Shown piece after piece: positions 19,595 to 27,563 of a stretch of DNA of 64,000 bases (position 1 is the first letter of the stretch; each line of letters starts with the position of its first letter). A program made the translations under genes and the position numbers. The notes beneath the pieces were generated by a model. It did not search any database. It saw nothing but the letters and a program-made list of their open reading frames with translations, and had not been told where the DNA came from. The stretch lies in contig OZ223265.1 of assembly GCA_965140585.1 (NCBI GenBank), positions 343,118 to 407,117 of the forward strand, written 5' to 3'. The stretch comes from Spirochaetia bacterium. GTDB lineage: Bacteria > Spirochaetota > Spirochaetia > UBA9216.

Positions 19595-20049
19595 TGGCGG
19601 GAGCTGTTAATATTCTCTCCATGAAACCCGGCGACAGGGCGTGGGTCCCGGTACTTTCGGGAAGCATGGCGCCCGGATTTCTGCCCGGAGATGAAGTTGA
19701 GATTCTTATTCTTGACCGGATAGAGGCAGAATCTGAACTCAAGCCCGGTATGATTGCAGTATTTTATGAAAACGGCATTATTTACTTTCATCGTATACTT
19801 TTTATAAATATATTTTCAGGAAGAATCTATCAGAAGGGCGACGGCAATCCCGAAGGCTCATGGATTTCAGCAGGCCGGATTATAGGAAAAGTAACATCCG
19901 GCAGACGAAGCAGTCAGGACGGGAGTCTGGAATATGATGATGGAAGATGGACAACAGGGCAGGCCAGGCGACAGTTTATAAAAACACAAATCATGGCCGT
20001 ACTGCGATATGCTAAAGCTGTATCGAAAAGGATAATAAAGGGTGTTTAA
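19594..20049 (+). CDS. S24/S26-family peptidase (signal peptidase I-like, no TM anchor)
   Basis: Motifs SGSMAP..PGD, FHRI, KGDGN and IIGKV. TGATG overlap with the upstream gene. Confidence 0.8.
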   Translation: MAGAVNILSMKPGDRAWVPVLSGSMAPGFLPGDEVEILILDRIEAESELKPGMIAVFYENGIIYFHRILFINIFSGRIYQKGDGNPEGSWISAGRIIGKVTSGRRSSQDGSLEYDDGRWTTGQARRQFIKTQIMAVLRYAKAVSKRIIKGV

Positions 20050-20884
20050 ATTCATGCTTGAGGCAGGCGAAAAAACAGTCTGCCTTGATTTCAGAAAAAG
20101 ATGGCTCAGGGATAACATGCTTGAGTACTTCATGGGACAAAACAGCAGCAGCCTTCTCGATGTGCGGCTGAAAATAAGGCTGATGGATCGGAATACTGAA
20201 ATTGATCTTGTTCCCGATTCTCTTTTTCATGCAAAACGCCGGAATGGTGACGGATTCACCATCGAGGGCGGCATGATGTCGGGAATGTACGAGGCCGAAA
20301 GAAAAACAGCGGAACTTCTGATTCATCCTTTACTTGTTGAAACTTCCGCATCAAGAGTGTTTGAGCAGATTATCTATCAGGCTTATGTAACCGCCTGTGA
20401 TGAATCATACGGCTTGATGCCGCTTGTGCATTCCAGCGGAGTTATAAAGGACGGCAGGGGATACCTGTTTGTAGGAGCCTCTGAAGCCGGCAAATCAACC
20501 GCCGCGGCGCTTTCTTCCGGTTATAAAATTATAAATGATGAAATATGCATCGCCGACATATCCAAAGAAGTCCCTAAGCTTGTTTCGACCCCCTTCAACG
20601 GGCTGTACAGAATCAAGCAGTCCGGGCGCGCCCCGCTTGCAGGTATTTTCATACTGAAAAAAGCGGACGAACACAGTGTTGCTCCGGTAAGCGGCGCGGC
20701 AGCGGTCAAACTAATCGCATCTCAGCTGATTCCGCCGGTGGGCCTGGGAGATATCATGCAGAGCGAGGATTACCTTAAACAGATTGATATTGCCTCTGAA
20801 TTATGCAGTAGAGTTCCGGTATACGAGCTGAGCTTCAGAAAAGACCCCGGGTTCTGGAAAGAGATTGAGCAGATTTCAGACTGA
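20042..20884 (+). CDS. HPr-kinase-related P-loop kinase (lasso kinase/ScmC-like)
   Basis: VHSSGV..G.GYLFVGASEAGKST (Walker A), INDE, TPFNG, PLAGIFIL and VPVYELSF. Confidence 0.78.
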   Translation: MFKFMLEAGEKTVCLDFRKRWLRDNMLEYFMGQNSSSLLDVRLKIRLMDRNTEIDLVPDSLFHAKRRNGDGFTIEGGMMSGMYEAERKTAELLIHPLLVETSASRVFEQIIYQAYVTACDESYGLMPLVHSSGVIKDGRGYLFVGASEAGKSTAAALSSGYKIINDEICIADISKEVPKLVSTPFNGLYRIKQSGRAPLAGIFILKKADEHSVAPVSGAAAVKLIASQLIPPVGLGDIMQSEDYLKQIDIASELCSRVPVYELSFRKDPGFWKEIEQISD

Positions 20885-20905
20885 GCCGAAAACAGGAGAT
20901 TTTAA

Positions 20906-21187
20906 ATGAATACAGAGAATAAACTTCCCCTAACCGTAACTATAGCCTCCAACCTGAGCGAAAGAGATCTCGGTGATGAAATAGTGGTTGTGATATCAGG
21001 CAGTGATGAAATTCACACATTCAGGGAAACCGGTATGGAAATATGGAAGATGCTGGCAAAAGGCCTGAATACCGGAGATATTATTTCCGCTATGATGAAA
21101 GATTACGGTGTTGAAGAAGAAGAGCTTGAGACCGATCTCAAGCTCTTTCTTGAAGACTGCAGATCGAAGAAACTGATAAATTATTAA
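20906..21187 (+). CDS. PqqD family protein / RiPP recognition element
   Basis: 93 aa with the PqqD pattern R.LGDE.VV, ETG.EIW..L, YGV and D...FL......LI. AGGAG RBS. Confidence 0.85.
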   Translation: MNTENKLPLTVTIASNLSERDLGDEIVVVISGSDEIHTFRETGMEIWKMLAKGLNTGDIISAMMKDYGVEEEELETDLKLFLEDCRSKKLINY

Positions 21188-21277
21188 ACAGATATAACCG
21201 CACCCCATACAGCTGATTTAAATACAGTCGTATTGAGTGCTGCAAAATCGGGTACAGCCGCAGAATACATCCAGCAG

Positions 21278-21595
21278 CTACTCCAGATAAAAAACTTCCT
21301 TAAGCGGAATGCTTACAGGTGAATTGTCCGGATTTGTATCCATAATATCGGCCATATATTCCCACCATCGGTGAACCACAGGATTTGCACCCAGGTCCTG
21401 ACTGCCGCCTTCACCGGAGGATTTCTGAACTGCAAAGAGCGTATTAGTCTCCTCATCCAGGAATATAGAATAATCAGAGACTCCCGCATCTTTGAGCAGT
21501 CCGACCAGTTCCGGCCAGATTGCATCATGCCGGGCCTTATATTCATCTGCCATACCAGGCTTCAGTTTCATCTTAAAGGCAAGCCTTTCTTTCAA
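21278..21595 (-). CDS. rhaM: L-rhamnose mutarotase
   Basis: Motifs AFKMKLKPG, EYKARHDAIWPEL, DYSIFLD and WWEYMADIM. Confidence 0.95.
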   Translation of the reverse strand: MKERLAFKMKLKPGMADEYKARHDAIWPELVGLLKDAGVSDYSIFLDEETNTLFAVQKSSGEGGSQDLGANPVVHRWWEYMADIMDTNPDNSPVSIPLKEVFYLE

Positions 21596-21634
21596 ATCAG
21601 TCCTCCTTGCGCTGACTGGAGAACAGCTGCCGCC

Positions 21635-22675
21635 TTAATCGGCATGCTGCTGTTTAAGCAGTTTCCTTCTGTTCTTTATTGTATCAAGAACTCCGGGAAG
21701 AAGTACAGCGATAATCAGCAGGAGCCCGGTTGTAATAATCATCACCTTTGCCGAAAGATTCAGCAGTCCCATACCGAACTTCAGGTAGCCGATAAAAAAG
21801 GTTGCCACAATAACACCGAAGATATTGCCCTTTCCTCCGGTTATTGCAACACCGCCCAGAACTACGAGGGCAATTGCCTCCAATTCAAAACCAGTGGCAA
21901 TATTAGGCCTTGTACTGCCTATTCTAGATGTAAGGAGAACAGCAGAAATTCCTGCAAAAAGTCCGTTGAGTGTAAAATTGATAAATCGAATCCGGTTTAC
22001 CTTTATACCTGAAAACCTGGCGGCTGAACTTGAATTTCCAATCGCGTACAGCTTTCTGCCGTAGGTAGTTTTATGAAGAATATAACCCATTACTGCTGCA
22101 AGAATTATAAAGAGCAGCAACTCAAAGGGGACCAGACTGTCGCCTACATAACCCTGTCCGAAGTATGCGAAGGATTCGGGATAAACAGTATATGCCTTAT
22201 CTTCAAGTATCGCCTGTGAGATTCCTCTGAAAAGCGAGGATGTTGCAAGGGTTACCGCAATCGCCGGCATTCCGAATCTGGTGATAAAAAAGCCGTTGAA
22301 CGCTCCGGAAAGAGCTCCCACGAGAAGACCTATAACAGTTATAGTTCCGGCACTCATCCCGGCGTCGGCGCCGAAGCCCATCGCGAAGGAACACAGGGCT
22401 ATGATGGCTGCAACTGAAATATCAATATCACCGGACATGATTACGAAGATCATTGGAAGCGCCAGAATTGCTTTTTCCATAAAAGTGAATGTGGCATTCA
22501 TCAGGTTGAAATAATCGAGAAAATAAGGGGTTATACTGCTGAAGAGGATAACCTCGGCTATAAACATTATGACCAGGATAAATTCCCACTGTACTATAAG
22601 GTTGCCGAGACGGCTTTTGAGGCTGTTTTCGTTAATTAGTCTTGAGCCGTCTACAAGGCTGTTTCTGTCACTCAT
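21635..22675 (-). CDS. rhaQ: rhamnose ABC transporter permease
   Basis: Motifs DIDISV, GRKLYAIG, ARFSGI and VVLGGVAITGG; rha gene context. Confidence 0.85.
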   Translation of the reverse strand: MSDRNSLVDGSRLINENSLKSRLGNLIVQWEFILVIMFIAEVILFSSITPYFLDYFNLMNATFTFMEKAILALPMIFVIMSGDIDISVAAIIALCSFAMGFGADAGMSAGTITVIGLLVGALSGAFNGFFITRFGMPAIAVTLATSSLFRGISQAILEDKAYTVYPESFAYFGQGYVGDSLVPFELLLFIILAAVMGYILHKTTYGRKLYAIGNSSSAARFSGIKVNRIRFINFTLNGLFAGISAVLLTSRIGSTRPNIATGFELEAIALVVLGGVAITGGKGNIFGVIVATFFIGYLKFGMGLLNLSAKVMIITTGLLLIIAVLLPGVLDTIKNRRKLLKQQHAD

Positions 22676-23658
22676 CAGCTTGCTCTCCTTTTCATTGCTG
22701 CCTTATCCTGCTTCTGGTCCATCAAAGTATTGATAAGCATGGCAGCAAGAACAACAACACCCTGTATCAACATCTGAAAGAAAGGCGACAGGTTAACAAC
22801 CGGCAGTGCATTGTTGATAATACCCAGAAAAAGAGCACCGAGAACAACTCCGGGAATGGCTCCGGCGCCTCCTGCAATATTCACACCGCCGAGAACACAG
22901 GCGGCTACAGTCTGAAGCTCGAAGCCGCTTGCAGTTTCATTCACAGCCGCGGCATATCTTGATGTCCACATTACCCCGGCAAGCCCGCAGAGCAGTCCGC
23001 TGATGGAGAAAATGATCATGTTCACCTTTTTAACGCTTACACCGACAAACTTTGCAGCGGTCTTGTTTCCGCCGATTGCATATATTTCGCGGCCGGAGCG
23101 TGAGTACCTGCTGAAGTAATATGTGATGGCAACTACGATAATCGCTGACCATATCAGGTTTGTAATACCCAGAAAGCTTCCGTGAGGAAGAGCCATGTAG
23201 TTTTCAGACATCTCATGGGCTGTAACCCACTGGCCGCGGCTGAGAACAAAGGTGAATCCGCGGTAGATACTCATTGTACCGAGAGTTGCAATAATTGGCG
23301 GAACCTTGCCGAAGGTAACTACTGCTCCGTTGATTGCGCCGAGTCCCAGTCCAATTACTGTTCCGAAAAGCAGTACGATAAAAACCGGAACCGCCGGGTA
23401 ATACTGATTCAGCATGGAAGCGGCCATACCTGCAAAAGCAATTATTGACCCTACCGAAAGATCGATACCGCCGGTAAGTATTACAAAAAACTGACCTATT
23501 GCAACCATTATCAGGATAGATGTATCATTGATAATCCTGTTTATATTTTCGCCCTTGATAAATCCGGGAGCCCTGGCTGTTACGATAATAGTGAGCAGTA
23601 CAATCAGAACAATCAGAGTTGCTTCACGCCGCGCTGCCAGCTGTTTAATCTTTGTCAT
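22675..23658 (-). CDS. rhaP: rhamnose ABC transporter permease
   Basis: Motifs [19 protein letters not shown] and FELQTVAACVLGG. Confidence 0.85.
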   Translation of the reverse strand: MTKIKQLAARREATLIVLIVLLTIIVTARAPGFIKGENINRIINDTSILIMVAIGQFFVILTGGIDLSVGSIIAFAGMAASMLNQYYPAVPVFIVLLFGTVIGLGLGAINGAVVTFGKVPPIIATLGTMSIYRGFTFVLSRGQWVTAHEMSENYMALPHGSFLGITNLIWSAIIVVAITYYFSRYSRSGREIYAIGGNKTAAKFVGVSVKKVNMIIFSISGLLCGLAGVMWTSRYAAAVNETASGFELQTVAACVLGGVNIAGGAGAIPGVVLGALFLGIINNALPVVNLSPFFQMLIQGVVVLAAMLINTLMDQKQDKAAMKRRAS

Positions 23659-25166
23659 TTATCTCCTCCGGCTTCAATATGACCGGTAGCGGCCTTGATG
23701 ATGTTGTCGGAATCCGCTTCATCACGTTTAAACTCGGCGGTCATTTCCCCCTCATGCATGACGATAATCCTGTCCGACATTCCGAGGACCTCCGGAAGTT
23801 CCGATGAAACCATGATTACCGCCAGCCCTTCCGCCGCAAGTTCGGATACAAATTTATGCACGGCAGCCTTTGTGGCGACATCAATACCCTTTGTCGGTTC
23901 ATCGAGGATGAGTATCTGCGGTTTTGTTGCAAGCCATTTGGCCAGAACTACCTTCTGCTGATTTCCTCCGGAGAGGGTATCGGCATCCACATTCCATCCG
24001 GCTGCCTTTATTTCCATCATGCTGCCGTATTCCTGGGTAATCTGCTTTTCTGTCGAAGATTTCAGGTATCCGAGAGTACTGATCATGTCGATCTGAGGAA
24101 GTGTTATATTCTTACCTATGCTCATCTCAAGGATAACACCCTGAGTCTGACGGTCTTCCGGTACATAGGCTATTTTTTTCTTCATTGCGTCGCCGGCTGA
24201 ACCGGGATTGAATTTCTGTCCGAAGAGGGTAATTTCACCCCCCGTTTTTTTATCGATACCGAAGATGACCCTCATTACTTCGGTCCGGCCTGCGCCGACA
24301 AGACCAAAGAATCCGAGGATTTCTCCCTTCCTGAGGCTGAACGAAATATCTTTAAAAACACCCTCATTTGAGAGGCCGTCAACCTTGAGTACCTCTTCGC
24401 CGGGTTCAACATCCTTCTTTGGAAACATCTGGTCAAGGCTTCGTCCGACCATCATCTTTACAATATCGTCTACTGTGTGTTCGGAAACCTTACCTTCGCC
24501 GATATAGCGCCCGTCCCGCAGAACGGTAAAATAATCGCAGACATCAAAAATCTCTTCGAATTTGTGGGAAATAAATATTATTGCCTTCCCGTCGGCCTTG
24601 AGCTGCCTGACAATCTTGTAAAGGTCTTCAACTTCTCTCAGCGTCAGTGCCGAAGTAGGTTCATCCATAATGACTACCTCAGCATCGATTGACAGCGCCT
24701 TTGCTATTTCAACCATATGCCTCTGAGCTGTTCCCAGATTCTTTACGAGTGTGTCAGGGTTTATATTAAGCTCCATCCGGTCCAGAAGAGCTTTGGTATT
24801 CTTCTTCATTGCGGACCAGTTAATCTTTCCGATGCCCCTGCCCCGTAAATGATGCCCCATATATATGTTTTCGGTAACGGAAAGTTCTGAAAACATTGAG
24901 GCTTCCTGATGAATGGCGGTAATGCCTGCTTCCTGAGCTTCAATTGCATTTTTAAAAGCAGCGGGTTCGCCTTTGTAGATAATATCTCCGGAGGTTGGAG
25001 AATAGACTCCTGTCAGAATCTTTACAAAGGTGGATTTACCTGCACCGTTCTCTCCGATAAGTGCATGAACCTCACCGGGACGTATATTAAGATTAACACC
25101 GTCCAGTGCTTTGATTCCGGGAAAATATTTTGTGATGTTTCTGAGTTCTAAAATAGATTCACCCAA
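23655..25166 (-). CDS. rhaT: rhamnose ABC transporter ATPase (two ABC domains)
   Basis: Motifs GENGAGKST, DEPTSAL, LSGGNQQK and DEPTKGID. Likely TTG start at 25166 after AAGGAG. Confidence 0.88.
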   Translation of the reverse strand: MGESILELRNITKYFPGIKALDGVNLNIRPGEVHALIGENGAGKSTFVKILTGVYSPTSGDIIYKGEPAAFKNAIEAQEAGITAIHQEASMFSELSVTENIYMGHHLRGRGIGKINWSAMKKNTKALLDRMELNINPDTLVKNLGTAQRHMVEIAKALSIDAEVVIMDEPTSALTLREVEDLYKIVRQLKADGKAIIFISHKFEEIFDVCDYFTVLRDGRYIGEGKVSEHTVDDIVKMMVGRSLDQMFPKKDVEPGEEVLKVDGLSNEGVFKDISFSLRKGEILGFFGLVGAGRTEVMRVIFGIDKKTGGEITLFGQKFNPGSAGDAMKKKIAYVPEDRQTQGVILEMSIGKNITLPQIDMISTLGYLKSSTEKQITQEYGSMMEIKAAGWNVDADTLSGGNQQKVVLAKWLATKPQILILDEPTKGIDVATKAAVHKFVSELAAEGLAVIMVSSELPEVLGMSDRIIVMHEGEMTAEFKRDEADSDNIIKAATGHIEAGGDK

Positions 25167-25180
25167 CTGAAACTCCTTAG

Positions 25181-25212
25181 AAAAAGAAGCAGACCCTTTT
25201 AAGGTCTGCTTC
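25181..25212 (-). terminator. hairpin with U-tail between the binding-protein and ATPase genes
   Basis: GAAGCAGACC-CTTTTAA-GGTCTGCTTC, with T5 after it on the minus strand. Confidence 0.7.
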
Positions 25213-25231
25213 ATTAAATTATTGATTCTGT

Positions 25232-26248
25232 TTAGAACATTGCCGCATAAGTGGCTATGTTGTCCTTGTTGAATACGAAGGGTTCGCCCATAACTGTAAC
25301 ACCGTTTTCACCGATTGTTATGTCACCCATTCTTCCGGCCTTAACAACATCACCGGGGTTACCCTCAATTTTACCTGTTGCAAGAGCTTCAAGAATATAG
25401 GTTGATGTATAACCGAGATCTACCGGATTCCAGAGAGCCATCTGGCCGCAGGTTCCGTTTTCTACGTAGTGCTGCATTTCTGATGGAAGACCAAGACCGG
25501 TAAGCTGAACTTTGCCCTGCTTTCCTTCATCTTCAATAGCCTTAGCTGATGCAAGAACACCAACGGTTGTCGGAGAAATTATACCTGCAAGGTTGGGATA
25601 TTTCTGCATAAGGCCTACAGCTTCTCTGTAGCTCTTGTCTGCAGCGTCATCACCATAAACAACTTCAACAATCTTCATGTCTTTGTATTCAGGTTTCTTG
25701 ACTTCTTCGTACATCCATTCAATCCATGCATTCTGATTTGTAGCCTGTGAGGTAGCTGAAACTATACCAATGTCACCCCTGTAATCACAGAGTTCAGCAA
25801 TAAGTTTAACCTGCTGTCTTCCGATGAGTTCTGTAACTGAAGGTACGAGGTCTGCAATTCTTCCGCCGGGATTGATACCGGAGTCAAAAGAAATAACCTT
25901 GATACCTGCTTTCATTGCTTTTTTGGCAACGGGAATAAGCGCATCAGCATCATTTGCTGAGATAGCAATACCGTCAACCTTCTGAGCAATCAGGGTTTCA
26001 ATAATATCAATCTGGCCTTCAGCAGTAGCTGAACTTGGTCCCATATAAATTGATTCAACATTTCCGAGTTCTGCTGCGGCTTCCTTTCCGCCGTCTGCAC
26101 ATGCTTCGAAGAATCCGTTTCCAAGACTCTTAACAAGCAGAACAAGCTTAAGCTGTTCACCGCCGGCAGCTGCTTCTTTCTGTCCGCCTGCGAAGGCAAG
26201 ACCGCTCACCAGAGCAAAAACTGTCAAAAGTACAAGCAGTTTTTTCAT
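25232..26248 (-). CDS. rhamnose ABC transporter substrate-binding protein
   Basis: Signal peptide plus motifs VKSLGNGFF, ATNQNAWI, YGDD, LTGLGLPSEM and LWNPVDLGY. Confidence 0.9.
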   Translation of the reverse strand: MKKLLVLLTVFALVSGLAFAGGQKEAAAGGEQLKLVLLVKSLGNGFFEACADGGKEAAAELGNVESIYMGPSSATAEGQIDIIETLIAQKVDGIAISANDADALIPVAKKAMKAGIKVISFDSGINPGGRIADLVPSVTELIGRQQVKLIAELCDYRGDIGIVSATSQATNQNAWIEWMYEEVKKPEYKDMKIVEVVYGDDAADKSYREAVGLMQKYPNLAGIISPTTVGVLASAKAIEDEGKQGKVQLTGLGLPSEMQHYVENGTCGQMALWNPVDLGYTSTYILEALATGKIEGNPGDVVKAGRMGDITIGENGVTVMGEPFVFNKDNIATYAAMF

Positions 26249-26315
26249 AATACTCTCCTTTAACCTCTATAAATATTTATTAATAATTTTAAACCTGATG
26301 ATCGTGTATGTGTTA

Positions 26316-26351
26316 GGACGGTAATCTACGAAAAGGGATCTAAATCTACGA
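26316..26351 (-). promoter_or_regulatory. direct repeat at 20-bp period, candidate activator site for the rhamnose ABC operon
   Basis: GGA-N4-AATCTACGA occurs at 26316 and 26336, just upstream of the -35 position of a TAAAAT -10 box (26286-26291, minus strand). Confidence 0.55.
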
Positions 26352-27563
26352 TCCTGCAATAAAATCAGACGGAGATTTCCCGTATTTTTCCTTAAACAGC
26401 CGTGCGAAATGCCTGCTTGACTGATATCCCAGACCGGTTGCGACTTCTTTTACAGTAACTCCCGGTTCGCCCAGCTTTCTGGAAGCCTCTTCCAGACGGA
26501 TGTCGGTTATAAATCGGGTAAACGGCATGGCCTTGTGTTTTTTAAATATCGAGCTTAAATAGTTGGGTGTCACATTCAAAAGATCTGCAATTTGAGCTAC
26601 ACCGACAGCTTCCATATACTTCTCACGTACAAGAACCTCCGCCTGCCTGACCAGGCGGACCGATCTGTCGCTTATTTCGGCAGTATCCGCCGGAGCAGTC
26701 GGTACGGAAGGTTTTGACTCTCCGGCATAAATAAGTTCACCGAGAGAACAGATTCTCTGTCCGCTGAGCAGCACCTCTACTGAGGAGTAATCATCAATCT
26801 TTTCGATGTCGGCAATCAGGCCTCCAAGTGATTCGTTTTCCGGAATTAAAACCATGGAATGGAAAAATGCGTCCGTATCCTCCAGCTTCCCGGCAATTGT
26901 TTTTACAAGCCTTTCAGGATCAGCACCGCTTGTTATAAGAGCCGGACTGCCGTCCTGGAGCACAACTACAGCAATGAGGTGCCTGTGATCAATTTTATAA
27001 ATATCGCTTCTAAGTTCTGAAAATTTCATGTTGAATATTTCCGCCGAAGGCTGCTGATCGGAAGCGGACAGGCAGAAAACCATTCCGGAAAATCTACCGG
27101 TCCCGTTAAAGTAGGTATCGAATTCTTCAGAAAGTGTATTATTAAGGACGGCGGAAACCTTCTGTTCAAAAAGCTGCAGCCGTGTTGCCTTAATCTGCTC
27201 TATCCTCTCCCCGGCTCTGATCATAACAGCTTTCAGTTCCGATGTAGCCGCGGGTTTAAGCAGATAATCCATAATCCCCAGGTTTATGGCTTTTCTTGCA
27301 TACTGAAACTCCGAATATCCGCTGAGTATTATCCAGAGGATATCCTTCTTTTGCGCACTGATGGTCTCGATGGCTTCAAGTCCCGAGATCCCGGGCATCC
27401 TGATATCGACGAAGCAAAGATCGGGGTTTATTTCATCTACAAGGCGAATCAGCTCCCGCCCGTTTACAGCCTCATGAATTTCATATCCGGGTTCAATTTC
27501 AAGAAGCTGATTTCTGATATCAAGCCTTACAAGCTCTTCATCATCAGCTATGAGTATTTTCAT
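26346..27563 (-). CDS. YesN-type response regulator (receiver + AraC HTH)
   Basis: Motifs IADDE, DIRMPG and DYLLKP; C-terminal NYLSSIFK...GYQSSRHFARLFK. Confidence 0.9.
   Translation of the reverse strand: MKILIADDEELVRLDIRNQLLEIEPGYEIHEAVNGRELIRLVDEINPDLCFVDIRMPGISGLEAIETISAQKKDILWIILSGYSEFQYARKAINLGIMDYLLKPAATSELKAVMIRAGERIEQIKATRLQLFEQKVSAVLNNTLSEEFDTYFNGTGRFSGMVFCLSASDQQPSAEIFNMKFSELRSDIYKIDHRHLIAVVVLQDGSPALITSGADPERLVKTIAGKLEDTDAFFHSMVLIPENESLGGLIADIEKIDDYSSVEVLLSGQRICSLGELIYAGESKPSVPTAPADTAEISDRSVRLVRQAEVLVREKYMEAVGVAQIADLLNVTPNYLSSIFKKHKAMPFTRFITDIRLEEASRKLGEPGVTVKEVATGLGYQSSRHFARLFKEKYGKSPSDFIAGS

Noticed and set aside
18160-21187. Calling the cassette a lasso peptide cluster
   Set aside because: No lasso cyclase, B2 protease or lasso-type precursor is visible in the window.
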